The translations under genes were made by a program, and so were the position numbers. Below are positions 1 through 10,044 of a stretch of 59,121 nucleotides of DNA, piece by piece. This stretch comes from Euryarchaeota archaeon UBA346 (GTDB lineage Archaea; Thermoplasmatota; E2; DHVEG-1). Positions within the stretch are counted from its first letter, which is position 1. Every line of letters starts with the position of its first letter. The stretch spans positions 1,810-60,930 of the forward strand of contig DAJP01000050.1 in assembly GCA_002496355.1 (NCBI GenBank), given 5' to 3'. The notes beneath the pieces are model-generated. The model had not been told where the DNA came from, searched no databases, and saw only the letters and a program-made list of their open reading frames with translations.

Positions 1-2628
1 GAACAGATTTATCGGACGACCTTTGAGGTTTGTCCTGTTGCGATTCTCATCCTTGACACACAACAACGGATCGTCTCCTGGAACACCTACACGGAATCTT
101 TTTTAAACAAAACAAAAGACCAGCTATCGGGACAAAAAATCAGAACCCTGCACACACCAGAGGAATGGGTGAAAATCAAACAGAAACTCGATGCCCAAAA
201 AGAATCTGAACATCGCATAGAAACAAAAATTCTCATAAACAATACCACACCAGTTGATGTCACAATCCTGTCTTTGTCACTCAAGGATAGTAGCGGAAAA
301 GACCTCGGTTCTTTATACATAATTAAAAACATCATTAAACAAGTTCGACTCGAACACCAGTTCGATTCCCTCATTCAATATACCGATGATGACATCTCCT
401 TGTTAGACACCAATTGCCAGTATCTCATGGTCAATCATCAGCTCTTATCAAACCTCGGACGATCCCGTGATGAGGTACTAGGAAAAACATTTTCTGATTT
501 CCATTCCTATGAAGAAACCAAGGATTTTACGCAGAAACTCAGCCGGGTCGTTGATACCGGGACGCCCCTGAAGGATGTTCAGTGGATCAACCACCGATGG
601 TATCTACGAACATTCAACCCAGTCAAGGATCAAACAACGGCTCAGACAACCTCGGTTCTCGTCATTTCAACTGAAATTACTGACAAAAAAATAACCGAGG
701 AGCTCGTCGTAGAAAAAGAAAAAAAATATCGAGCGTTGTTCGACATCGCACCACAAACCACCATGCTTATTGATACAAACGGTACCATCATCGATGTCAA
801 TGAACGGATCACGGAGTGGATCGGGTACTCCTCAGATGAAATCCTGCAGAAAAATCTTTTTGACTTATCCATGTTCACAAACGAATCAAGAAAATCACTG
901 AAAAAGATAGTTTCAAAGAGATACACAAACAAGAAGATCCCCGCCTTCCAAATCGAAGCACGCACAAAACATGGGGAAAAACGCACTGGAGTGGTCACTG
1001 CGACGCCCTTGCGGGATGAGCCGGGCGAGGGGAACACTTACTTGGTTATCATCTCAGATGCACCAAAACAGAGACACCGAGATGACGTCCTCCGAATTAA
1101 AGACAAAACCATAGCACTCTCAAACATCAGCACTGATGAACGAGAAAAAAGATTCCAAGTGGTGCTGGAAAACTCCCTTGACATGATCTACCAGCTGAAT
1201 CTCAAGAAAGAGACCTATGACTATATCAGTCCTTCCTCAGTAAAAATCATCGGATACACTTCTGAAGAGTTAATGTCTTTCACCCTGAAAAACATCACTG
1301 AGTACATCCATCCGGATGATATTGCCCAATGGAGCCAGCATATTCAGATGATCACAAACCATCATCAAAAAAACAACACGATTCAATCGATCGAATATCG
1401 CTTTAAACATAAATCACGAGGATACCGCTGGATCCGTGATACCTGTACGGTGCTCTTCGACCAAGAAAATGAACCTACCTCAATCATTGGTACGATAGAA
1501 GATATCACCGATCGTAGAAAAGTCTGGGAAGAACTCGTCAAATCCGAAGAGAAATATCGTATCCTTGCAGAAACATCCGCAGATGGTGTGTTTACCACAG
1601 ACTCGCTAGGAAGGCTTACCTATGTGAATCCATCGTTTGAAAAATTATGCGGACGACGAAAGAGCCAGATCCTTGCCACACCCTTCAGGAATTACCTGCT
1701 GGAAGATTCTATCTACTTCTTCCAACAAATCTTCATTGATGTCCGAAAGAAGAACGATAAAATAGAAAACGTCGAATTAGAACTCGTCTCTGGAACTGGT
1801 GATATCACTCCTATAGAGGCGAACATCGCACCATTGACCAAACAAACAGAATTTGGTGGTGTCATCTGCACCGTTCGAGACATCACCCAACGCAGAGAAA
1901 TCGAGGATGAATTGAAGAAAAACGAGCGATTGAAAACAGAGTTTATGAACATCGCTGCTCATGAATTACGATCCCCGGTCACACCCATCAAAGGATACCT
2001 GGACCTCATCATCCATGACAATGAAAGCAATCAGAAAATAAAGAATTGGGCAAAAATCAGTCTCCGGAACGCAGAGCGCTTGCTCAAACTCGTCAACGAC
2101 ATCTTAGATGTCGCACGCCTAGACAGCGATACCATGCGATTCGATATGGAGAAAATAGATCTGGTCGAATTCCTCAATGAAATCGTCGAGGACATGCGGC
2201 CAGCAATCGTGAATAAAAAACTTGAATTTCATGTGAATGTTCCCTCGCCTCTCCCTCACATTATCGGTGATAAGAACCGCTTGTCACAAGTAATGAAGAA
2301 CCTCATCGGCAATTCCCTGAAATTCACTGATTGCGGATACATCGGCTTAACGGTTGAGAAGAAAGACAATCACGTTCTCATTGCGGTCGAGGACACCGGA
2401 ATCGGGATATCAAAAGATGAGATCCGTAAAATTTTCACAAAATTCTACCAGGCATACACCGGTGAAGACAGAAACAACGAAGGCACCGGTCTAGGCTTGT
2501 TCATATCAAAAGAAATAGTAAAAAAACATAACGGAGAAATCTGGGCTGAAAGTGAAATCGGCAAAGGAAGCCGATTCATCATCCAGATCCCGTATGTCTA
2601 CAAAATGATTGTAGATTTCAAAACCTGA
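1..2628 (+). CDS. Multi-PAS sensor histidine kinase (5'-truncated by window edge)
   Basis: Frame is open from base 1 (EQIYRTTFEVCPVAILILD...), so the gene starts upstream of the listed 169 start. Several PAS/PAC repeats, H-box AAHELRSP, N-box NLIGNSLKFT, G1 DTGIGI, G2 GTGLGL. No receiver domain in the visible part. Confidence 0.93.
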   Translation, partial: EQIYRTTFEVCPVAILILDTQQRIVSWNTYTESFLNKTKDQLSGQKIRTLHTPEEWVKIKQKLDAQKESEHRIETKILINNTTPVDVTILSLSLKDSSGKDLGSLYIIKNIIKQVRLEHQFDSLIQYTDDDISLLDTNCQYLMVNHQLLSNLGRSRDEVLGKTFSDFHSYEETKDFTQKLSRVVDTGTPLKDVQWINHRWYLRTFNPVKDQTTAQTTSVLVISTEITDKKITEELVVEKEKKYRALFDIAPQTTMLIDTNGTIIDVNERITEWIGYSSDEILQKNLFDLSMFTNESRKSLKKIVSKRYTNKKIPAFQIEARTKHGEKRTGVVTATPLRDEPGEGNTYLVIISDAPKQRHRDDVLRIKDKTIALSNISTDEREKRFQVVLENSLDMIYQLNLKKETYDYISPSSVKIIGYTSEELMSFTLKNITEYIHPDDIAQWSQHIQMITNHHQKNNTIQSIEYRFKHKSRGYRWIRDTCTVLFDQENEPTSIIGTIEDITDRRKVWEELVKSEEKYRILAETSADGVFTTDSLGRLTYVNPSFEKLCGRRKSQILATPFRNYLLEDSIYFFQQIFIDVRKKNDKIENVELELVSGTGDITPIEANIAPLTKQTEFGGVICTVRDITQRREIEDELKKNERLKTEFMNIAAHELRSPVTPIKGYLDLIIHDNESNQKIKNWAKISLRNAERLLKLVNDILDVARLDSDTMRFDMEKIDLVEFLNEIVEDMRPAIVNKKLEFHVNVPSPLPHIIGDKNRLSQVMKNLIGNSLKFTDCGYIGLTVEKKDNHVLIAVEDTGIGISKDEIRKIFTKFYQAYTGEDRNNEGTGLGLFISKEIVKKHNGEIWAESEIGKGSRFIIQIPYVYKMIVDFKT

Positions 2629-2634
2629 GGAACT

Positions 2635-3534
2635 ATGACCGAAATAAAAAACTCAGAAGTCATTGGTGGCATCTTACGTACCTTATACATGGTCGCAAGC
2701 AGACGAACATCACAGACCTTCGCTGCGACCGTCATCGGCGCAATCATAAAAACCCTTGAACAAAACTATGATTTTTTGCGGTATATTAACATTGAAAACC
2801 CCGAGTACACCAATTCGGAGATCGTCATCAACATCTCCAACGAAATTGACACGGTTGAGCCAACAAGAATTGGTACCGCTGTCGAGGCGATCATCAGAAT
2901 CGTCTACATGGATCTGGTCGGAAAAACAGGGTTATTCTTCATGAAAGAGTTAAAACAGCAGGCAGGGGACCAAATTATCTCAGAGCTACGAAACTATGGT
3001 GTCAACCTTGCCCTCCTCCAAACCGAACAACGCTACATGCATCGACAACATCGAAAGAAAAAACAACAGGCACAGATCAAGAGGATGGGTGAAGGTGAAC
3101 ACCGTGATGATGTCAGCCTATTGGGGTATAGTTGGAAAAACGTCGGGTCCTGGAAATATGATCCCTTGCAGAAAACCTGTGTACTCTACAGCAAAGAAGG
3201 AAAAGAACTGGACCGGCTCAATCTTGATACCATCATTGAAAGTTATGTCACGAACCTTACTGATGAATACGAGGATCCCTCGAGTGAATATGAGGAAGAA
3301 GTCCTGCTCACCGAAAAGGAAATCGAACTGCTTCGGATGCTCCATACCCGGGATATGGATGCTGAGCTTGCCTCTGTGGTCCTGCACGTCTCAAAGATTG
3401 AATTCGAGAATATTGTAAAAAAATTACTGCAAAACGAGCTGCTTCATTATGTCTCCTATAATGAGATAGAGTTGACCGAGGAGGGCATCCGTTTTCTCTC
3501 TGAAACGGAAAATGCAATACAACAAAGCACTTGA
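2635..3534 (+). CDS. Hypothetical protein with probable C-terminal winged-helix domain, coupled to the kinase
   Basis: 299-aa ORF 6 nt after the kinase stop, SD GAGG. The C-terminus (LTEKEIELLRML...IELTEEGIRFL) looks like a wHTH. Confidence 0.75.
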   Translation: MTEIKNSEVIGGILRTLYMVASRRTSQTFAATVIGAIIKTLEQNYDFLRYINIENPEYTNSEIVINISNEIDTVEPTRIGTAVEAIIRIVYMDLVGKTGLFFMKELKQQAGDQIISELRNYGVNLALLQTEQRYMHRQHRKKKQQAQIKRMGEGEHRDDVSLLGYSWKNVGSWKYDPLQKTCVLYSKEGKELDRLNLDTIIESYVTNLTDEYEDPSSEYEEEVLLTEKEIELLRMLHTRDMDAELASVVLHVSKIEFENIVKKLLQNELLHYVSYNEIELTEEGIRFLSETENAIQQST

Positions 3535-6500
3535 TCACGAGTGTTTTCCTTTCGTCAGGTTAAAAATAAAAAACTCCATTTGTCCGCTCGTCGCACTGTT
3601 CCCATCTTGGTCGTACACCTTTGTTTCAAGGGTATGTTTCATAAATGCTTGTTCGTTCCACTGCCAAAACACTGGAAATGAGGACACCTCGTCTTTCAAT
3701 GTTCCATCGACATAGAATTCTGCTTTGCTAAGATTCTCATGAGGGATCTTTATACTCACTGGTCCGACGATCACTGATTTGAAGAAGGGGAGTATCTTCT
3801 TATTCTGGATGTAGATGAAACCATCGATTGAGACGTTTTTTACCCTAAAAAGAATCAACAAGCCTCCGATTCCTCCTAGCAACACCCCCACAAAAATCGC
3901 AAGCCCAAATGTCTCTAATAAACTCTTTTGTGGCGGGGGAAGATAGGAAAAGTAAAGATAAATGACCGATGATGAAAGCGATCCTTTCCCTTGCAACGCC
4001 TGCGCATCAATATCAAAGGTGTAGGTCCCATTTTCAAGATACCCTGGCGGTGTGTAAAAATAGCTTTTCTCATCGAGCTGGATGAGCTGGGATGCGGCAT
4101 CCACCGGACCGAAGGTTGCAGACAGGATCGTCACCGGTACATTATAAATGATTTTTATGGAAGGGTGATCACTGTTGATGATCCCCCCATCAGTTGGTGT
4201 AAACGTTGCAGCTACCACTGGAAATATATTGTAAAATGAAAACTGATAGGTGACCTCTGGGTCATCAAAGACATAGATTTTGTCATTTTCCCTCCAGAAT
4301 TTATCCATGGATATTGTTCTGCCCACCGTCGTGATGATAAGCTCTGCATCAGGGTATTGATCATTGATTTCAAAATAAATCCAATGACCTTTGCTGACCG
4401 AGACAAACACCTGTGCTTGTTCGTTGACCACATCCACGATCTTGTCCTGTATGATACCAATGCTATAGGAGATCGGGTAAATAAGATCCGTCGTCGTGTT
4501 CCAGAAAAACTCTGGGATAGCATCGGAGTCAATAGAGATAAGGAACAGGATATTGTTGTTGAAATTCACTGGCTGACCATGAACCGCGGTGAGGTGATGA
4601 CCTGGGTCGACGAATGTATCTGCGATACCGTTGCCATCCGTGTCATAGCAAAAAAACTGCTCGGTGAGCTCCATCTGATATCTCATATTAATGTAGTTCA
4701 GTTGGTCCGCAGGGACCAGATGCTTATCGAGAGAAATGATCGTGACGTTCGTACTGCTTCTCCCAGTTAATCCTTGATCATCGGTGACTGTTAATGTTGC
4801 TTTATAGGTCCCGTTCGAATGATACACATGCGAAATGATGCTACCATTCCCCGTCGTTCCATCACCGAAATCCCAGAGATACTGGGAAATCGAGCCATCA
4901 AGATCAAAGCTCCTGGATCCATTAAACAAGAGGTCCTCCAGCACATAACCCTGGTAGGGTCCCCCACAATACGAGAATGGGTTTTTCGAGTTATTGGTAT
5001 TGCCTGCGATATCGGTCGCGTTGATAATACAATAGACCCTACCTGGTTTTTCCTCGATGAGGATCACTTTTTCATAGTAATTATTGCCCTTTTGGTCCAT
5101 CGTACTTTTCATTCTGTTACTCCCGTTAAACCAATATTCTAGAGAAACAGTTGATACGATAGAATCATCGGTGATTGTCGCTCCAAATGTATAGCTATTG
5201 GGTAAATCCGAAAAGGAGGACCCATATCGGCTGATCCGTATCACCGGTCGTTCGGTGTCGACGATTTTGACTTTTTTGTTCTCGGTGACCGCGTGATTAC
5301 CCCACGTGTCACACACATAGAAATGATACGTGAGATTCTGAATACTATGGGCAAGGAGAATTGTACCAACAAAATAATTACCTCGTGACAGGACCATTGT
5401 CGAATTGTTCCCTGATGTCCCATGGCTCCAAACCACATAGACCTTTAGGTCCGCTGCGGTAGCCTCAGAGGATGTCACTGTCGTGTTAAAGGTAAACGTT
5501 TTTGAGGGTTTACCGGTCGATGGTGAATTATCCTTTATAGTAGGTGGATTACCTGGTCGGATTGTAAAACTCTGATTGAGGGAATGATTCCAATTCCGAG
5601 GGTCCTTTGCAACAACGAAAAATGTGAAGTTCCCGGTTGGTGAAAATTTTTTGTTACAAAAATATGTATCCCCTGTTTTATTTTGGGTGATACTGAAATT
5701 CGAGAATTGTCCTGTGGGTGAAATGACGTTGAGATAGACTTCCTTTATCTTTGTGTTGTCTATGATGACAACAGAGAGGTTCGTTGTTTTTCCCACCGTC
5801 TGTATTAAGGGTGATACCTGTGGTGTTCCAAACTGTGGAGGGAGCGTATCAAGGAGTGGTCCTCCATCAAGATTCAATGCATAGATGGAGTAGGGTGCAT
5901 CTGCGATTCCGTCCAGGTCAGCATCTACTGCACCTTCACTTGTTTCATCGAAGTCATCCCAATAATTCCCGCAGATGGTTGTCCCCTGGATGATGTTGAT
6001 TCCGTTTGTCTCTTGGATGTTCCATTGGTTGCGCTCGATGCTCTTATCCAATGCATTATGAAGGTTGTCAGAAAAATAGTTGTTGTAAATCATATTATCT
6101 TTAGTAAAAAAATCCAGGTACATCCCATATTGGTCGTTTGAGCAGATTTGATTGTTTCGTATGACATCATTGGTTGAGTTATACATCCTGACCCCTGAGA
6201 GGGTGTTGTCATGGATGATATTATCGTAGACGGTGTTGTTATCATCAGCGGAGAGGTAGACGCCGTCTTTTTTGTTGTATGTTATGGTATTATCGTTGAT
6301 GTTGTTCGTCGATCCGATGATCATTAAACCATAATTGATATTTCCACTCACGATATTGTTGTTTATATTAAAGTTCATACTGCAGTTTTCCAGGACAATC
6401 CCTGAGTTATTATTATGGTATACACTATTGAACACAATGGTCTGATAATCACTATAATCATTGAGATAGATCCCATGGTTGCCATTATCCGAAACGTTGT

Positions 6501-7215
6501 TCATTCGTATGATGTTGTTCTGGCAGGTGCTGTTTAGGAAGATACCGCTTTGGTTGTTGTTTTGAATGTCGTTGTTATAGATGTTGATCCCATCGGATGC
6601 ATAGAGGTACACGCCGTTTTCGTTCCCCGTTACGGTATTAAAACTGATATTTGCGTTATTGTGTGATTGGTACAGTCGGATTCCATCGCCAGCGTTGTTC
6701 CTGATGATGTTATCATAGATTAGATGGTTATCCGTGTAATACAGATGAATCCCGTTGTATCCGGAAGAGATGATATTATCGGTGATAATGGAGTTCTCAC
6801 CATTGACTTGGATGATGCTGGTGCCTTCTAGGGGATTGGTGTTTGTTATCGTGAAATGACTGATATTGACGTTATCCGCATTCACCGTTATCACGGTTGT
6901 TCTATTCCCAGTTAAGATGGTATTACCTCGGTCTTCGCCGAAGAGGTCGATTCGATGATTAATGATCAGATTCTCCTCATACGTACCATTGTAGACGAAG
7001 ATCCTGTACCCATCGATGGCGTTATTCAACGCATCTTGAATATGAAGAAATGTCTCTCCTTTTCCGACATAGAGCGTTGGGGGAGAGTCAGCTTGACAAT
7101 ACTGATTAGAACCTAAAAAGCATACGCAGTTTGTGATTTGAAATATCACAATTATCACTATGAGAAACTTAGTAAGTTTCATCCCATCCGTATGCATATG
7201 TACTTGCACATGCAT
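3535..7215 (-). CDS. Large surface protein: NosD/PbH1 right-handed beta-helix, Ig-like domains, PKD domain, TM anchor
   Basis: N-terminal signal-like segment (start may be ATG at 7182). Many Asn-rich GIxL repeats, GNYWDDF, PKD signature WDFGDG...HVY...GTY.ATLTVTDDQG, hydrophobic helix near the C-terminus. Confidence 0.85.
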   Translation of the reverse strand: MHVQVHMHTDGMKLTKFLIVIIVIFQITNCVCFLGSNQYCQADSPPTLYVGKGETFLHIQDALNNAIDGYRIFVYNGTYEENLIINHRIDLFGEDRGNTILTGNRTTVITVNADNVNISHFTITNTNPLEGTSIIQVNGENSIITDNIISSGYNGIHLYYTDNHLIYDNIIRNNAGDGIRLYQSHNNANISFNTVTGNENGVYLYASDGINIYNNDIQNNNQSGIFLNSTCQNNIIRMNNVSDNGNHGIYLNDYSDYQTIVFNSVYHNNNSGIVLENCSMNFNINNNIVSGNINYGLMIIGSTNNINDNTITYNKKDGVYLSADDNNTVYDNIIHDNTLSGVRMYNSTNDVIRNNQICSNDQYGMYLDFFTKDNMIYNNYFSDNLHNALDKSIERNQWNIQETNGINIIQGTTICGNYWDDFDETSEGAVDADLDGIADAPYSIYALNLDGGPLLDTLPPQFGTPQVSPLIQTVGKTTNLSVVIIDNTKIKEVYLNVISPTGQFSNFSITQNKTGDTYFCNKKFSPTGNFTFFVVAKDPRNWNHSLNQSFTIRPGNPPTIKDNSPSTGKPSKTFTFNTTVTSSEATAADLKVYVVWSHGTSGNNSTMVLSRGNYFVGTILLAHSIQNLTYHFYVCDTWGNHAVTENKKVKIVDTERPVIRISRYGSSFSDLPNSYTFGATITDDSIVSTVSLEYWFNGSNRMKSTMDQKGNNYYEKVILIEEKPGRVYCIINATDIAGNTNNSKNPFSYCGGPYQGYVLEDLLFNGSRSFDLDGSISQYLWDFGDGTTGNGSIISHVYHSNGTYKATLTVTDDQGLTGRSSTNVTIISLDKHLVPADQLNYINMRYQMELTEQFFCYDTDGNGIADTFVDPGHHLTAVHGQPVNFNNNILFLISIDSDAIPEFFWNTTTDLIYPISYSIGIIQDKIVDVVNEQAQVFVSVSKGHWIYFEINDQYPDAELIITTVGRTISMDKFWRENDKIYVFDDPEVTYQFSFYNIFPVVAATFTPTDGGIINSDHPSIKIIYNVPVTILSATFGPVDAASQLIQLDEKSYFYTPPGYLENGTYTFDIDAQALQGKGSLSSSVIYLYFSYLPPPQKSLLETFGLAIFVGVLLGGIGGLLILFRVKNVSIDGFIYIQNKKILPFFKSVIVGPVSIKIPHENLSKAEFYVDGTLKDEVSSFPVFWQWNEQAFMKHTLETKVYDQDGNSATSGQMEFFIFNLTKGKHS

Positions 7216-7271
7216 ATCTGCTTATATCATAAAAATATTCCTATGAACACCGTCAGGAAACTCAGATTCTT

Positions 7272-8630
7272 TTAGCGTTCCCAGCTCATGCGCTGGTCGA
7301 GATATAACGTCCAAAATGCTCGGAGGTGTTCCCTGAGTAACTCATTCGTATCGACCACTGTTAAGTCTTTTAAAATGTCAACATCGATGTTTTTTCCAAG
7401 GCTTACTTTCTTCACTTGATCTTCTAATAAGATCCGGATGTTTGTGAACTCCCGTTCTATCTCGACGTACCAACGTTTGTCTTTTTCATAGGGTTTTGTC
7501 ACAGTCCTTGAGTTATCAATCCATTTTTTTAGGAAATCATCTGCATTTTTTTTCAATGTCGCAGGCGGACCTGAATGCACGACCGTTTTTGAAATCGTCA
7601 TTGTCTGTGGTTCAAGGATGATGTATACCTCATCCTTTTCGACAGTAAAAGTTGCATTGAGTATCGGAAATCCGTATTGTTCGCAGAGTTCCCGGATGGA
7701 ACGAACAGATTTTCTGATCTGCGGGTACAGGTTCTCCGGGATGATAATGGGTTTCGGGAACTTCACACCGATGAACTCTCTTGAGCCAATTTGTTTTTTG
7801 ATTTCCTGCAGCGTCCATGGTTGGAGGGTGTTTGGGAAAAAGAAGCTGAGGCGTGGTTTCTTTTTGTAATCCTGACATGCCTTGATCAACAGATTGAATT
7901 TTTCAAGGGAAACTGCTGAGGCGACATTCCTCTCGGGGTCAACCGGGTCGATAAAGATTAACGGAGTCGTAAAATCAGCAGGAATTCTTTTGTCAAGTGC
8001 TAGTTTCTCACCATAATTCCACTGGCAAACCTGTTCAATGAGCTGTTGGAACGTCCCGTATTTGAGGACGATGATCTCGCAGAGGTATCCAGAGAATCCT
8101 TCGATTTCCGCTTCTGCCCCGTAGCAGCCGATCCCTTTTAGGAATTGTTTGAAGAGTCGTACTTCTTTTTTCTGCGTTTCTTTCAGATGCTGTTCGATGT
8201 AGCGTGTATGAAGTGGTGTGCGATCGACCGCAGAGAGCTTCTGCGAGGCATCCTGTATCTTATAGCATGGGACCAGTTCTGTCTTATAGTCTTTGAATAT
8301 TCCACGGACATATGGGTGTTCCGCGAAGCATTCCTCTTGATGCTCCAGGATCGCTCTTCCAATCGCAAGTCCAGTCTTTTCTAGGGTTTCTCGTGGAACC
8401 GTTGGCGGGAAGCAGAGGAAAAGGTCAATGTCAACCGCGTTACGTATGAAGGTGTCTTTTGCGATAGAACCGACCAGTTCGATTTCGATGGGTATCCTGG
8501 TTTTGTTGATCTGCTTCTGTACCTCTTCTTTGAGGGAGGCGATGACGTCCTCCAGGTGTTTTTTTTCCTCAAGAGTAGGTGTTATCTTCTGGAGAACAAT
8601 GGTCTCTATCTCTTCTGAGCCGTGGATCAT
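7272..8630 (-). CDS. cca: Archaeal class I CCA-adding enzyme
   Basis: GSIAKDT...DIDLF nucleotidyltransferase motif, AEHPYV, SAVDRTPLH, GFSGYLCE, DPVDPERNVA. Confidence 0.96.
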   Translation of the reverse strand: MIHGSEEIETIVLQKITPTLEEKKHLEDVIASLKEEVQKQINKTRIPIEIELVGSIAKDTFIRNAVDIDLFLCFPPTVPRETLEKTGLAIGRAILEHQEECFAEHPYVRGIFKDYKTELVPCYKIQDASQKLSAVDRTPLHTRYIEQHLKETQKKEVRLFKQFLKGIGCYGAEAEIEGFSGYLCEIIVLKYGTFQQLIEQVCQWNYGEKLALDKRIPADFTTPLIFIDPVDPERNVASAVSLEKFNLLIKACQDYKKKPRLSFFFPNTLQPWTLQEIKKQIGSREFIGVKFPKPIIIPENLYPQIRKSVRSIRELCEQYGFPILNATFTVEKDEVYIILEPQTMTISKTVVHSGPPATLKKNADDFLKKWIDNSRTVTKPYEKDKRWYVEIEREFTNIRILLEDQVKKVSLGKNIDVDILKDLTVVDTNELLREHLRAFWTLYLDQRMSWER

Positions 8631-9407
8631 CTAGGGTTCCTTCATGAAATGTTTGACGATGGAGAACATTCCTAACGCTAGGAGAATTCCACCGATGACG
8701 TCAGTTATCCAATGAATAGCTAAATAGATAACTGCGCAGATCACACAGATGGCGCAGAAGTATGTTAGGTACAAGAATCTTTTGTTGTTGGTCCGAGAAA
8801 CTGTTTTTACAAGCAGCAAGGACATTGCGACATGAAGCGAAGGGAAGCAATTGTTGCTTGTGGTGGTCGTATAAAAGAATTGTTCTATGCTAGGGATGAC
8901 CAAGTTTAACGCTGAGGCAGATCCGTAATAATGATAGACATTGGTGATGGGGACAAAAAGATAAAATGGTAATGCAATCGCGTAGATTCCAACCAAAGAA
9001 TATGCGAATGTTTTCATCGCCTTTTTCTCGTCAACAATGATGAAATAGAGAAGAGAGAACCAGAGCAGAAACGGATACAACCCGATGTAGATAAAGACAA
9101 AAAAATAGACAAGAATCGGTGTCCAGAATTGAGTGAACCAATGGACAATCCCATCCTCGAACCCTTGGATGCTTTGAGTAAAGTTGGCATGAATCATGTT
9201 TGTGGTGATGGTATCAAGGATGTTTACCTCAAGAAGGTGAAGGATGACTACCATAAGAATAAGACAAAGTGAGATGGATTGATATCTCAGAGTCAATGTG
9301 TACTGAGTGAGTGGTTTTTTCCAGTTGTCTTTTGGAATGAGAAAGATTAGACAAATCACAAAGAGAAGGAGATTCAAAAATGCTAAAATAATGAACCAGG
9401 TTTCTAT
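8631..9407 (-). CDS. PAP2-superfamily membrane phosphotransferase/phosphatase (AUR1/IPC-synthase-like)
   Basis: Multi-TM protein with FPSLH and HWITD motifs. Start uncertain: TTG at 9377, or ATA at 9407 just after SD GGTGGTGA. Confidence 0.8.
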   Translation of the reverse strand: METWFIILAFLNLLLFVICLIFLIPKDNWKKPLTQYTLTLRYQSISLCLILMVVILHLLEVNILDTITTNMIHANFTQSIQGFEDGIVHWFTQFWTPILVYFFVFIYIGLYPFLLWFSLLYFIIVDEKKAMKTFAYSLVGIYAIALPFYLFVPITNVYHYYGSASALNLVIPSIEQFFYTTTTSNNCFPSLHVAMSLLLVKTVSRTNNKRFLYLTYFCAICVICAVIYLAIHWITDVIGGILLALGMFSIVKHFMKEP

Positions 9408-9420
9408 GGTTTCACCACCG

Positions 9421-9975
9421 TCATATGTGGATTTCTCGCAAGGTAGTGTAGATCGGTCCGTTCGGTGTCAGCTCGCTTTTCTTCAATGCAATGGCGTGTA
9501 CTTCCTGGGTTGTGAATTCTGCATCCTGGTGGTGTTCTAAGGTGGTGAGGAGTTTCTCTTTATTTCTCGCTGTTCTTACTCGACCAATCGTCAAATGCGC
9601 AGAGAATCCTCTTGTTTCCTTTTTGAACCCAAGGGATGCTAAACTGGAATCAAGAGTATGTGCGATTGGTCCAATCTGGCCGTTGTCAAGGATTCCTATC
9701 CAGATGACTTTCATATAATTCTTGTTAGGGAACACCCCAGTACCTCGGAGCGTGACTGGAAATGATTTGATGGTTTTAACTGATTCTTTCATACTCTGTT
9801 CTATCGCGTCAATGAATTTTTCTTCGGTATCCCCAAGAAACTTGAGGGTGATGTGGATGTTTTCTGGTTCAACGAGTTTCACATCAGCACCTGTTTTTTT
9901 TATCTCGTTTTCAAATGCAAGTATCTGAGATGTTGAAGAGATGTCGATTGCGATGAATCCTCGAAAGAGTGTCAT
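9421..9975 (-). CDS. thpR: RNA 2',3'-cyclic phosphodiesterase (2H family)
   Basis: Two HxT motifs (HITL, HLTI), N-terminal RGFIAI, located next to cca. Confidence 0.93.
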   Translation of the reverse strand: MTLFRGFIAIDISSTSQILAFENEIKKTGADVKLVEPENIHITLKFLGDTEEKFIDAIEQSMKESVKTIKSFPVTLRGTGVFPNKNYMKVIWIGILDNGQIGPIAHTLDSSLASLGFKKETRGFSAHLTIGRVRTARNKEKLLTTLEHHQDAEFTTQEVHAIALKKSELTPNGPIYTTLREIHI

Positions 9976-10044
9976 GGTGTCCTCCGATTGAAATCAAGAA
10001 ACAATTTCCCTCTATATAGCAGTATTTCATACTTGCGAAAAGCG

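Noticed and set aside
5950..7000. Periodic sequence suggesting a repeat array or CRISPR
   Set aside because: It is protein-level PbH1 beta-helix periodicity; there are no identical nucleotide repeats with spacers.
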